In this document: piece by piece, positions 6,678 to 14,496 of the stretch
How positions within the stretch are numbered: the first letter of the stretch is position 1
How the letters are laid out: every line of letters begins with the position of its first letter
DNA from: an archaeon
Lineage (GTDB): Archaea; Thermoproteota; Nitrososphaeria; Nitrososphaerales; Gagatemarchaeaceae
Assembly: GCA_016432545.1 (NCBI GenBank)
Contig: CP066694.1
Location: 1,307,206-1,371,205, forward strand
DNA: 64,000 nucleotides
Reading direction: 5' to 3'
Notes under the pieces: generated by a model
Database searches by the model: none
What the model saw: the letters and a program-made list of their open reading frames with translations, nothing else
Told to the model about the DNA's origin: nothing
Program-made: the position numbers and the translations under genes

Positions 6678-9368
6678 GTGGCGTCTGCCCGACCCGTGGC
6701 CCAGAGCGGCGATACAAAACGCGTCGCGGAATGGTTCGGGATACCAGAATCTGATGCCCAAGACTGGCTGATTGGGAACAAGACGCTTGAGAATGTCCTC
6801 AATCTCTCCCCGTCCGAGGACGCCACGATAACGCACTTCATCGTCCCGTTCCTCCGCCGCGCCCTCGGGTATTCGGTCAAAGACATCGACATCAAACCAC
6901 ATCTCACGAGGAACGCTGGGAGGGCCGTCAAGCAGATGGGCGGCCAAAGCGACGTGGTGGTCAGGAAGCATGATGACCCTGTCTTTGTGATTGAGGCAAA
7001 GAGCTACGGCCACGCGCTGAAGTCAGCGACGGAAGATGCCGAAGGACAGGCTTACGATTACTCGCAGGCCAATGAACTCAAACCGAAGCCACGGTTCTAC
7101 CTCGATACAAATGTCGTCGAGACCCACATCTACGAGACCAATTCGAGGAAAGAACTTCCATTCTCTCCTGTCATGGAGAACGAGCTGGTCTCAAAGTTCG
7201 TGGAGATGCAGAAGTGGCTCTCAAAGAAGCGGATAGTTGCTCTCGGAAGGCGACTGAGCTACGCCCCTGTCGTTAGGGCGCCCGTGTCCGATGACAAAGA
7301 GTTCGGCCATCTGCTCCTCAACTGCCAGAACGAAATGCGGAATGCGAGCAAGTCCAAGACAGGGAAGGATGCCTTCACCGAAATGAACAAGCTCCTCTTC
7401 ATCAAACTTTACGAGGACAGAAGAGAAAGGGAGGGCAAGGAGAACCGTTTCACTCTTCAGAAGGTCGAAGCGGAAGGGGAGAACTACATAGGGGGCACGC
7501 TCTTCGAAGACCTCAAGACCCATTACCGCCTGAAGAATGTCCCGATATTCAGGAGTGAAGACAAGCTCGAACTCGACGACGTGATAGTTAACGGGATAGT
7601 AGAGACCCTTCAGAAGAAGTTCCTCGTCGACGAGGAGGGGAAGGTGTATCCCCCTGTCGCCCACGTTTACGAGAACTTCGTTAGCACCATATTCCGAGGG
7701 GAGAACGGTCAATACTTCACGCCGAGGAGAATCGTCGACTTCATGGTCGACATGGTGGGCCCGTCTTGGGGGTCAGAAGGTCTGCGTTGCGTCGACCCTG
7801 CCTGCGGAAGCGGCGGATTCCTTCTGTCCGTATTCACGATTCTTGACAACGAACTCAGACAGCGGTTCATGGAGAAGACCGCCGAAGGAAACTGGCTCCC
7901 CTTCAACGAGGCGAGTGGGGAGGAATACGATAGGGTCAAGAAAAGTCTCTGCGAGGAGATGCTCGTAGGGTTCGACAACGAAGATACAATAGCGAAGACT
8001 GCGGCCATGAACCTTAGCGTCCACGGTGACGGCTCGACTGGCATTCACTATGGAGATTCACTTAGGAGGATAGCATTTGAGAACGAGTTGAAGGAGGGTT
8101 CGTTCAAACTCGCGCTGACAAACCCTCCGTTCAGTTCCAACGCAGACCTCGGAACAGTGTATGACTTGGACGGGACGGACGCTCTTGGAGGTTTCGAACT
8201 CGCTTACATTCATCGATACGACGAAGAGAAGCACGATTTCGAATGGACGAAGAGTGAAGAGAACCTGAGAGGGAGGGACAAGAAGATTCTCTTCATCGAG
8301 CGTGGATACCAGCTCCTGGAGGAAGGTGGGACGCTCGGGATAATCGTAGATGATGGGGTCTTAGACAATCCCACCGAAGCATATGTCAGGGACTTCATCA
8401 AGAAGAAGTTCAACATCAAAGCAATCGTTTCGCTCCCGTGGGGGGCGTTCCACGAACAGGGTGCCGAGAACTTTACGAGCATACTCTTGCTCCAGAAGAA
8501 GGGGACAGGAATCACTCAGGGCCCAGAAGTCTTCATGGCAATGGCGGAGAACTTGGGCGAGAGCTACGGGAAGAGCACGAAACGGCTACCCAACGACCTT
8601 AAGGATATCCTCGACGATTACAGGAAGTTCAAGAGTGGTAGGTCGTGGCTCTCAAAGTTCTCGTTCATCTGCAAAGTTTCGGACCTTTTGAACTCATACG
8701 ACCCAGTCACCAAACAGGTCAACAATAGGCTCGACCCGAAGTTCTATTCTCCCAGACGCCTCGCAATCCTCAAAGCGATAGAGGAAACGGGGAGGGCAAG
8801 ACCAATCAGCGAAGTCGTCGACTTTGACCGTGAGGAGGTGACGGGGGATGCCAACGACTACGGGAGTAAGTTCATCGACCGTATTACCAAAGGAGGCGAG
8901 ATACAATACGAAGTTATCGGTGGAAGCTCAGACCCGAAGCTGAAGAAGACCCAGATTTTCCGCAAAGGAGATTTGGTTGTATCGAGAATCCAGCTCAAGA
9001 ACGCCATCGTCGGAGTCGTCCCTGACGACATTGACGAAATTCTTGCGACTGACGAGTATTACAAGCTCGTCCCCAAGAAAGAAGAAGGCGAGGATGTTGT
9101 TCTCAGGAAGTATCTCAGAATCGTCCTCACCTCTGAGCCGTTCAACTTCCTCGTCAACGCGACCTTCACTGGACAATACGGGAGAACGGCAGAGGAAGAG
9201 CTTGGACGGCTGAAGATTCCAGTCTACGACCTGCCCACCCAACGGGCGATAGTGGGGAAGTATGACGAGAGCATGGCGAGAGTTAAGTCGCTCGTCGAGG
9301 AGTCTGCCTCTACTGAGGACCAACTGATGACGGATATTTCGACCGATGTGTTCAAGAAGCCGCTTTAG
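6678..9368 (+). CDS. Fused restriction-modification enzyme (REase + N6-MTase + TRD; type IIG-like)
   Basis: SDVVV...VIEAKS nuclease motif; GQYFTPR, DPACGSGGFL and NPPF MTase motifs; HsdS-like C-terminus (RLDPKFY...LKIPV). Confidence 0.9.
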   Translation: MASARPVAQSGDTKRVAEWFGIPESDAQDWLIGNKTLENVLNLSPSEDATITHFIVPFLRRALGYSVKDIDIKPHLTRNAGRAVKQMGGQSDVVVRKHDDPVFVIEAKSYGHALKSATEDAEGQAYDYSQANELKPKPRFYLDTNVVETHIYETNSRKELPFSPVMENELVSKFVEMQKWLSKKRIVALGRRLSYAPVVRAPVSDDKEFGHLLLNCQNEMRNASKSKTGKDAFTEMNKLLFIKLYEDRREREGKENRFTLQKVEAEGENYIGGTLFEDLKTHYRLKNVPIFRSEDKLELDDVIVNGIVETLQKKFLVDEEGKVYPPVAHVYENFVSTIFRGENGQYFTPRRIVDFMVDMVGPSWGSEGLRCVDPACGSGGFLLSVFTILDNELRQRFMEKTAEGNWLPFNEASGEEYDRVKKSLCEEMLVGFDNEDTIAKTAAMNLSVHGDGSTGIHYGDSLRRIAFENELKEGSFKLALTNPPFSSNADLGTVYDLDGTDALGGFELAYIHRYDEEKHDFEWTKSEENLRGRDKKILFIERGYQLLEEGGTLGIIVDDGVLDNPTEAYVRDFIKKKFNIKAIVSLPWGAFHEQGAENFTSILLLQKKGTGITQGPEVFMAMAENLGESYGKSTKRLPNDLKDILDDYRKFKSGRSWLSKFSFICKVSDLLNSYDPVTKQVNNRLDPKFYSPRRLAILKAIEETGRARPISEVVDFDREEVTGDANDYGSKFIDRITKGGEIQYEVIGGSSDPKLKKTQIFRKGDLVVSRIQLKNAIVGVVPDDIDEILATDEYYKLVPKKEEGEDVVLRKYLRIVLTSEPFNFLVNATFTGQYGRTAEEELGRLKIPVYDLPTQRAIVGKYDESMARVKSLVEESASTEDQLMTDISTDVFKKPL

Positions 9369-9574
9369 CCGCTTTTCCCGCCTTCATCTCAACTCTCTTC
9401 CCCTTCACGACGTTTACCCAAATTGATTAGGCTGAAACGTTCGCAGAAGTCGACTTATTCCTAGGCTGACACCGCCCCAAAGCGACACCCCAACACGACA
9501 CCCTCACAAGATGACAGTGTACAAAAATGTACATCAGCTTCATGGGGCCGCGCTCGCGAAGACGGGGATGTCCT

Positions 9575-10108
9575 TCAGCCTACAGCCAGGTAGGCGAAGA
9601 AGTAGTACACGGCTATGCCTACGAAGACGTTCAGGACCCAGAGGCTCCACGTCGTGATCATGACCGGCCTGAAGTTCTGGACCGCGAGCCTCTGCGGGAA
9701 GCGGCTCCACCTCATCCTGAGGACCAGGTAGACCCCAAGGACGGAGGTGAGCACACCGAGGGTGACCATCACCGGGATCAAGTACCAGTGCTCGTTGTAG
9801 GCCCCGAACAACGTGAGGTAGCTCTGGTATCCCCCGGTCCCGTACTCGGGGAATGAAGTCCCGTAGTTCCAGCCCAGCAGGAAGTTGGGAATCATCCAGA
9901 AGAGCGCCCCGATTCCTGACACCACCACTGCCGAAGTCATCAGGTTCTTGTGGACCCACTCGTACCTCGACCCTTTCTTGGTCTCGTCATCGTTCCCGGA
10001 CGCGTATGCCCTGTGCGTCTTGATCGCGTACCTTACTCCCGCCAGTATGAGCGCGAAAGCGACCAGCTGCAGCCCCAGGTTCACCTGAGCGGCTATCGGC
10101 CCGTACAT
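9575..10108 (-). CDS. Membrane protein, DUF420-like
   Basis: Four TM segments; NLGLQLV...HKNLM pattern. Confidence 0.65.
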   Translation of the reverse strand: MYGPIAAQVNLGLQLVAFALILAGVRYAIKTHRAYASGNDDETKKGSRYEWVHKNLMTSAVVVSGIGALFWMIPNFLLGWNYGTSFPEYGTGGYQSYLTLFGAYNEHWYLIPVMVTLGVLTSVLGVYLVLRMRWSRFPQRLAVQNFRPVMITTWSLWVLNVFVGIAVYYFFAYLAVG

Positions 10109-10195
10109 GCACCTACTCACCAGACTCCTTCGAATAAAAGCCTTGACCAAAACAGTGGGGTAGGCGAGGTGCTTCCTCGCCTAGTCTGTCTGTAT

Positions 10196-11212
10196 TCAAC
10201 TGCTGAATGGGTTGTTGTTGTTAACAGCGAACCAGAGGAACAGGTTCGTGTTAGTCGAAGAGCTGTCCGAGACCACGCTGACGCCCGGGATGGCGACCTG
10301 GGTAGGCACTCCTCCGAGAGTCGTGTAGATCGGGTTGCTCTGTGTTTGGTTGGCGTTCGCAGTGGCCGTAGTCTTCGTTGTCAGCGCCCTGGAGATGGCG
10401 TCGAACGAGGTCAGGCAGTTACCCGTGGCGCTCGAAAGATTCGAGCTTACCCACTGGTGGCACTGGCCCGTCTGACCATCAGGCATGACGTTGGGGTCGA
10501 AGACGAGGACTGTCACAACGTACCACGGAATGCTGGCGCCGCCGACGTAGTTGACCACGTGGCTGTGCGCTGGCACCGGCAGAACTCCCTCAGGGAGCTG
10601 TGCTGGAGTGTATCCGTTGTTGAGTCCCAGGTGCTTCTCCACCGCTGTGAAGTATGGCGAGTAGATCAGTGTCGGGTGGTCGGCGCACGCTGAGGTACTC
10701 CCTCCTGCCCCGCACTGGGTGAAGACGACGTTGTTGTTGTAGACCGGGTATCCCTGGCTTGTCGCTCCGAGAGCCGTGACTCCGAAGATCGACAGGCCGG
10801 CATAGGCCGGTACTAGGATGAAGACTGGGGCCGCGTTGTTCAGGGCGGTCTTGTCACCGCCTGCGACTTCACAGCTTGTCTTGGCTGCGGCCGCATTGGC
10901 CTCTGTCTGATTGGTAGCGTAGTTGGAGAGCGCAGGAAGGCACTGATACTGCTGGGAGTAGACGAAGCTGACTATGTCTCCCTTGTAGAAACCAGCGCTT
11001 GTCGTCCCGGTGAGTATCTCGTTGGTTGGGACTGAGGTGCCAGTCCTGAATGTTGTGGTGCTCGTTGTAGTGTTCGTTGTAGTGTTGTTTCCGCCTAGTT
11101 GGTAGCCGCTGTAGTAGATGTAGGCGCCGGCGCCGATGATCACTACGACCACGACGACGACTGCCCATACTGTCTTTGCAATTGCTTTTCTTCGTTGGGA
11201 AATATCTTCCAC
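10196..11212 (-). CDS. Membrane-anchored surface protein with Cys/His motifs
   Basis: N-terminal signal/TM, Thr-rich linker, CADHP and PAHSH. Confidence 0.75.
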   Translation of the reverse strand: MEDISQRRKAIAKTVWAVVVVVVVIIGAGAYIYYSGYQLGGNNTTTNTTTSTTTFRTGTSVPTNEILTGTTSAGFYKGDIVSFVYSQQYQCLPALSNYATNQTEANAAAAKTSCEVAGGDKTALNNAAPVFILVPAYAGLSIFGVTALGATSQGYPVYNNNVVFTQCGAGGSTSACADHPTLIYSPYFTAVEKHLGLNNGYTPAQLPEGVLPVPAHSHVVNYVGGASIPWYVVTVLVFDPNVMPDGQTGQCHQWVSSNLSSATGNCLTSFDAISRALTTKTTATANANQTQSNPIYTTLGGVPTQVAIPGVSVVSDSSSTNTNLFLWFAVNNNNPFSS

Positions 11213-11254
11213 GAAAAAGGCGCATCTTGGACCGTATTTAAGGGCCGGCCGAGT

Positions 11255-11314
11255 TCAGGCCCAAATCTGCCCCAACTCACCGACCCTTGCACAAAGGCCC
11301 CGATTTGGGCCTGA
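11255..11314. promoter_or_regulatory. 13-bp inverted repeat between divergent promoters
   Basis: TCAGGCCCAAATC (11255-11267) and GATTTGGGCCTGA (11302-11314). Confidence 0.6.
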
Positions 11315-11359
11315 CTTGGAAAATCATTCATAAACGGACCGCGTGACCTCCTACCCTGT

Positions 11360-12493
11360 TTGCAGGCTAACCCCATCTGGCCGGTTACAAAGAGGCGGGC
11401 GGCACTAGAGAAGGACCTTCGCTGCGACGTGCTCGTGGTCGGAGGGGGGATGGCCGGGATCTCCTCCGCAAGGGCTCTGAAAAAGGAGGGGCGCGACGTG
11501 GCGCTCATCGAGAGGGATGAAGTGGGAGGGCCAGCTACCGGTGCCAGTTCTGGGGTGCTATACTACGGGAGCGGGACCAACTTCGTCCCGGGGGTCGAGG
11601 TCTTCGGCCAGGAGACCACAGAGAAGCTCTGGCTTGAAACCTCCAAAGTAATCTCAGAAATCAAGAGCCTGGCGCCGAAGGCCGACTGCGGGTTCCGGTC
11701 TTGCGGCGCGGTGATGATCGCCCAGAACGACGAAGATCTAGCGTCGGTGCAAGAGGAGCACGAGGCCCTCAGGACCCTGGGCCTTCCCACAACCCTCCTG
11801 AGTACAGACCAGCTGTCCGAGATCTACCCACTGGTCCTGTTCAAGGGCGGTATCTCATTCGACGCGGTCGGGCAGGTCCATCCCGCGAGGCTCGCCTCGG
11901 CCCTCGCAGAAATGGAAGGCCTGACCATCTTCGAAGGGACTCCCATGGTCTCATGGAATGAGGACGGCGACAAGGTGACCGTCAAGACAGACAGGGCCCA
12001 GATAGAGTGCTCGCAGCTCGTGCTCGCCACGAACTTAGAGCCAGTCCCCGGGATAGGCGATGGCGTCGAGACCGAGGGGTCAGTGATCATCGCGAGCACA
12101 CCGACGAACAGGGTCCCGGACGTCTTCCCGGAGGAGAAGATCTACTGGACGATGGAGGAGAAGTACGACCTCTTCTATCCGAGGGGCGACAGGCTCATCC
12201 TCGAGCTCTACCAGCTCGGGGAAGAGGAGGAGAAGATGAAACGTTACTTCCCCGGCGTCGAGTTCTCGACCGACCAGATCTGGGGCGAGAACTGGTCCAA
12301 GCCAAGGGACTGGAGGCCACTCCTCGGAATGCTTACCATGAGGACGGCTCTGGCCGCAGGAATGGGCGACCAGGGGATAATCATGAGCTGGCTGAGCGGC
12401 TCGAAGGTTCCGGGGCTTCTCAAAGGAGAGCAAGACTGGTTCACCGACCTGACTTCGCCTCGAAGGTTCTCCATCGGAGGCGCGCAGGCATGA
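11360..12493 (+). CDS. FAD-dependent oxidoreductase (DAO family)
   Basis: DVLVVGGGMAG; ATGASSG; GQVHP. Confidence 0.85.
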   Translation: MQANPIWPVTKRRAALEKDLRCDVLVVGGGMAGISSARALKKEGRDVALIERDEVGGPATGASSGVLYYGSGTNFVPGVEVFGQETTEKLWLETSKVISEIKSLAPKADCGFRSCGAVMIAQNDEDLASVQEEHEALRTLGLPTTLLSTDQLSEIYPLVLFKGGISFDAVGQVHPARLASALAEMEGLTIFEGTPMVSWNEDGDKVTVKTDRAQIECSQLVLATNLEPVPGIGDGVETEGSVIIASTPTNRVPDVFPEEKIYWTMEEKYDLFYPRGDRLILELYQLGEEEEKMKRYFPGVEFSTDQIWGENWSKPRDWRPLLGMLTMRTALAAGMGDQGIIMSWLSGSKVPGLLKGEQDWFTDLTSPRRFSIGGAQA

Positions 12494-12804
12494 TGGAAGA
12501 TTTCGAGAAGGTCGCCGAGACCTCCGAGCTTCCTCCGGGAAAGGTCAAGATAGTGAAGTCGGGGAACGCGGAGGTCTGGGTCGCGAACATCGAGGGCTCG
12601 TACTTCGCTCACCCCAACAAGTGCACCCACGCAGGCGGGCCCGTCGGCAGGGGCAGGCTCAACGGGTACGTGGTCCAATGCCCGAATCACGGTTCGAGGT
12701 TCGACGTGAGAACAGGGGCCGTCGTAGGGGGCCCTGCTTCGGTGCCGCTTCCTTCGATAGAGGTCAAGGTCGAGGGCACCTCGGTCTGGGTCCGCAAGGC
12801 CTGA
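12490..12804 (+). CDS. Rieske [2Fe-2S] ferredoxin
   Basis: CTH...CPNHGSRF; ATGA overlap with the upstream gene. Confidence 0.9.
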   Translation: MMEDFEKVAETSELPPGKVKIVKSGNAEVWVANIEGSYFAHPNKCTHAGGPVGRGRLNGYVVQCPNHGSRFDVRTGAVVGGPASVPLPSIEVKVEGTSVWVRKA

Positions 12805-12880
12805 GCAGGCACGGCTCAACCTTTACTACTCACAGCACCTCGGGGCCCGTCGATTGCACGCGCTCGTGCGCTTTCGGCCC

Positions 12881-13234
12881 ATGAGGGCGACGCCGCAGAT
12901 GGGGCCAGCCCAAGGAGGCGAACAGGGGGCCGCCCAGGTCGACCCGGCCTTCAAGCGGGTGATGACCTACATCTTCCTAGGGACCAGGGGCGGATACAAC
13001 AGGGTCCGGATAGTGGAGTTGATTAGAGAGGCGCCGCTCAACCCCAATCAGATCTCAGAGAAGCTCTCCCTGGATTACAAAACCGTCCAGCACCACATCA
13101 GACTGCTGGAGGAGAACGGGGTGATAGTGCCCAACGCGAAGGGGGCGTACGGGGCGATGTACTTCCTGACTCCCTATGCCGAGAAGCACTTCGATGCGAT
13201 TAGAGGGATGTGGGCGCGATTTGGGCAAAGTTAG
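12881..13234 (+). CDS. ArsR-type wHTH regulator
   Basis: GTRGGYNRVRIV...NPNQISEKLSLDYKTVQHHIRLL. Confidence 0.85.
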   Translation: MRATPQMGPAQGGEQGAAQVDPAFKRVMTYIFLGTRGGYNRVRIVELIREAPLNPNQISEKLSLDYKTVQHHIRLLEENGVIVPNAKGAYGAMYFLTPYAEKHFDAIRGMWARFGQS

Positions 13235-13263
13235 AAATATGATTGACGGGTGCATGAACTAGG

Positions 13264-13575
13264 ATGGAGTTCGGGATATTCTGGATGAACGTGGCGGCCG
13301 TCTTCGCGCTGCTGAACGTGGCGTTCCTCTTAGTCCTGGGGGCGCTCTACTTCAAGAGCTGGCAGAGGCTGAAGTCGGGGGCGACGATGAGCCTCCTTGC
13401 AGTGGCACTCTTCTTCCTCCTGCAGAACCTGGTCATAGTGGTCTTCTGGTTCATACTCTACGGCCTCGTGCCTTCGGCCCAGGCCATAGTGGAAGCGGCG
13501 GCGCCTTACCTCGTCCTGATCAACCTCCTCGAGACGGCCGCGCTTGGAAACCTCGTACGTCTGACCTGGAAGTAG
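13264..13575 (+). CDS. Small three-TM membrane protein
   Basis: Hydrophobic 103-aa ORF directly downstream of the regulator. Confidence 0.75.
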   Translation: MEFGIFWMNVAAVFALLNVAFLLVLGALYFKSWQRLKSGATMSLLAVALFFLLQNLVIVVFWFILYGLVPSAQAIVEAAAPYLVLINLLETAALGNLVRLTWK

Positions 13576-13592
13576 CCCGCTGACAGGCAGCC

Positions 13593-14378
13593 CTAGGCGC
13601 CACCCAAGGCCACGACGAGGTCAGTCAGAAACCCGGTGCAGAGACCGAAGAAAATGCCTCCCATCATCAGGTTGCTGCTGTACTGCCTCCTTCCCGTGTT
13701 GAACATCGTCATTGTCACGTAGACCAGCGCGCCTCCGGCGATCGAAAGAAAGAGGATGTAGGCCTCGGGGCTCGAGAACTGGCTCCCGATGATGGTGCCG
13801 AAGAAGGTTGGAGCCCCACCGATGAAGAGCACTTTGGCGAGGAAGGACTTCTTAGGCTTGGGGCTGATCCCGACCAGGGGCGCGGTGATCCCGAACCCCT
13901 CCGTGGAGTTGTGCACCCCGAACCCGACGATGAGGACAACGGCGAGACCCAGCTCGCTGGACGCGTAAGACTGTCCTATCGCCAGACCTTCGCTCAAATT
14001 GTGAGCTCCGATGCCCAGAGCTATCATCGTGGACAGCTTGTGGGCCATCGAGCCTTCGTTCCCGACCGCCATGTACCTCCTCTCGTAGAAGACGAGCCCC
14101 AGTAGCCCGAGCGCAAGGCCTCCAAACATGAGCCCGAGGTCGAGCAAGGCGGTCGAGGCCGGCAGGCCTCCATGCGAGGCGGAGAGCGCAGCGCCTGATG
14201 CCTGGTCCCACGCGTGGCTGAATACGTCAACGATGAGGAAGAGGAGGATCCCGATGGCGAAGGCGTTGAGGAACCCCCTGACCCTCTCGCTTATTCCCAC
14301 AAGCACCACGGGAAGGCCGAGGAAGATCGTGAAGCCAGCTATCGCGCCAAGGAGGATGAGCTGAGTGAAGTCGACCAT
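13593..14378 (-). CDS. ZIP-family metal transporter
   Basis: HNLSEGLAIG and HNSTEG motifs. Confidence 0.9.
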   Translation of the reverse strand: MVDFTQLILLGAIAGFTIFLGLPVVLVGISERVRGFLNAFAIGILLFLIVDVFSHAWDQASGAALSASHGGLPASTALLDLGLMFGGLALGLLGLVFYERRYMAVGNEGSMAHKLSTMIALGIGAHNLSEGLAIGQSYASSELGLAVVLIVGFGVHNSTEGFGITAPLVGISPKPKKSFLAKVLFIGGAPTFFGTIIGSQFSSPEAYILFLSIAGGALVYVTMTMFNTGRRQYSSNLMMGGIFFGLCTGFLTDLVVALGGA

Positions 14379-14496
14379 TGTCGGACAGCAAAGTCGCCGC
14401 GTCATAACATACGTAATATACGTTTGCTCTCATCAACCAGAATTCGGTCTGATGCCTCGCAAACCCTTAATGGCCTGAGGCCTCCGAAGTAATCGC

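Larger units (their letters stand above)
1..9533. mobile_element. Accessory/genomic island (left end outside window)
   Basis: Codon usage is visibly AT-richer than in the genes after about 9575. Contains a transposase, RHH/wHTH regulators, an R-M enzyme and orphan ORFs. The right boundary is approximate. Confidence 0.7.

Noticed and set aside
1..9533. Calling the island a complete dpd system or a Tn7/CAST element
   Set aside because: No dpdB-K, que, tnsC/tniQ or cas genes are visible, and the TGT catalytic motifs are not recognisable.
11050..11165. Short tandem GTT/GTA/ACG repeats
   Set aside because: They encode the Thr-rich linker and poly-Val TM of the surface protein; not a DNA repeat element.
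14411..14423. ACGTA-ATA-TACGT palindrome upstream of the ZIP gene
   Set aside because: Short, single copy and overlapping a probable TATA box; too weak to call an operator.
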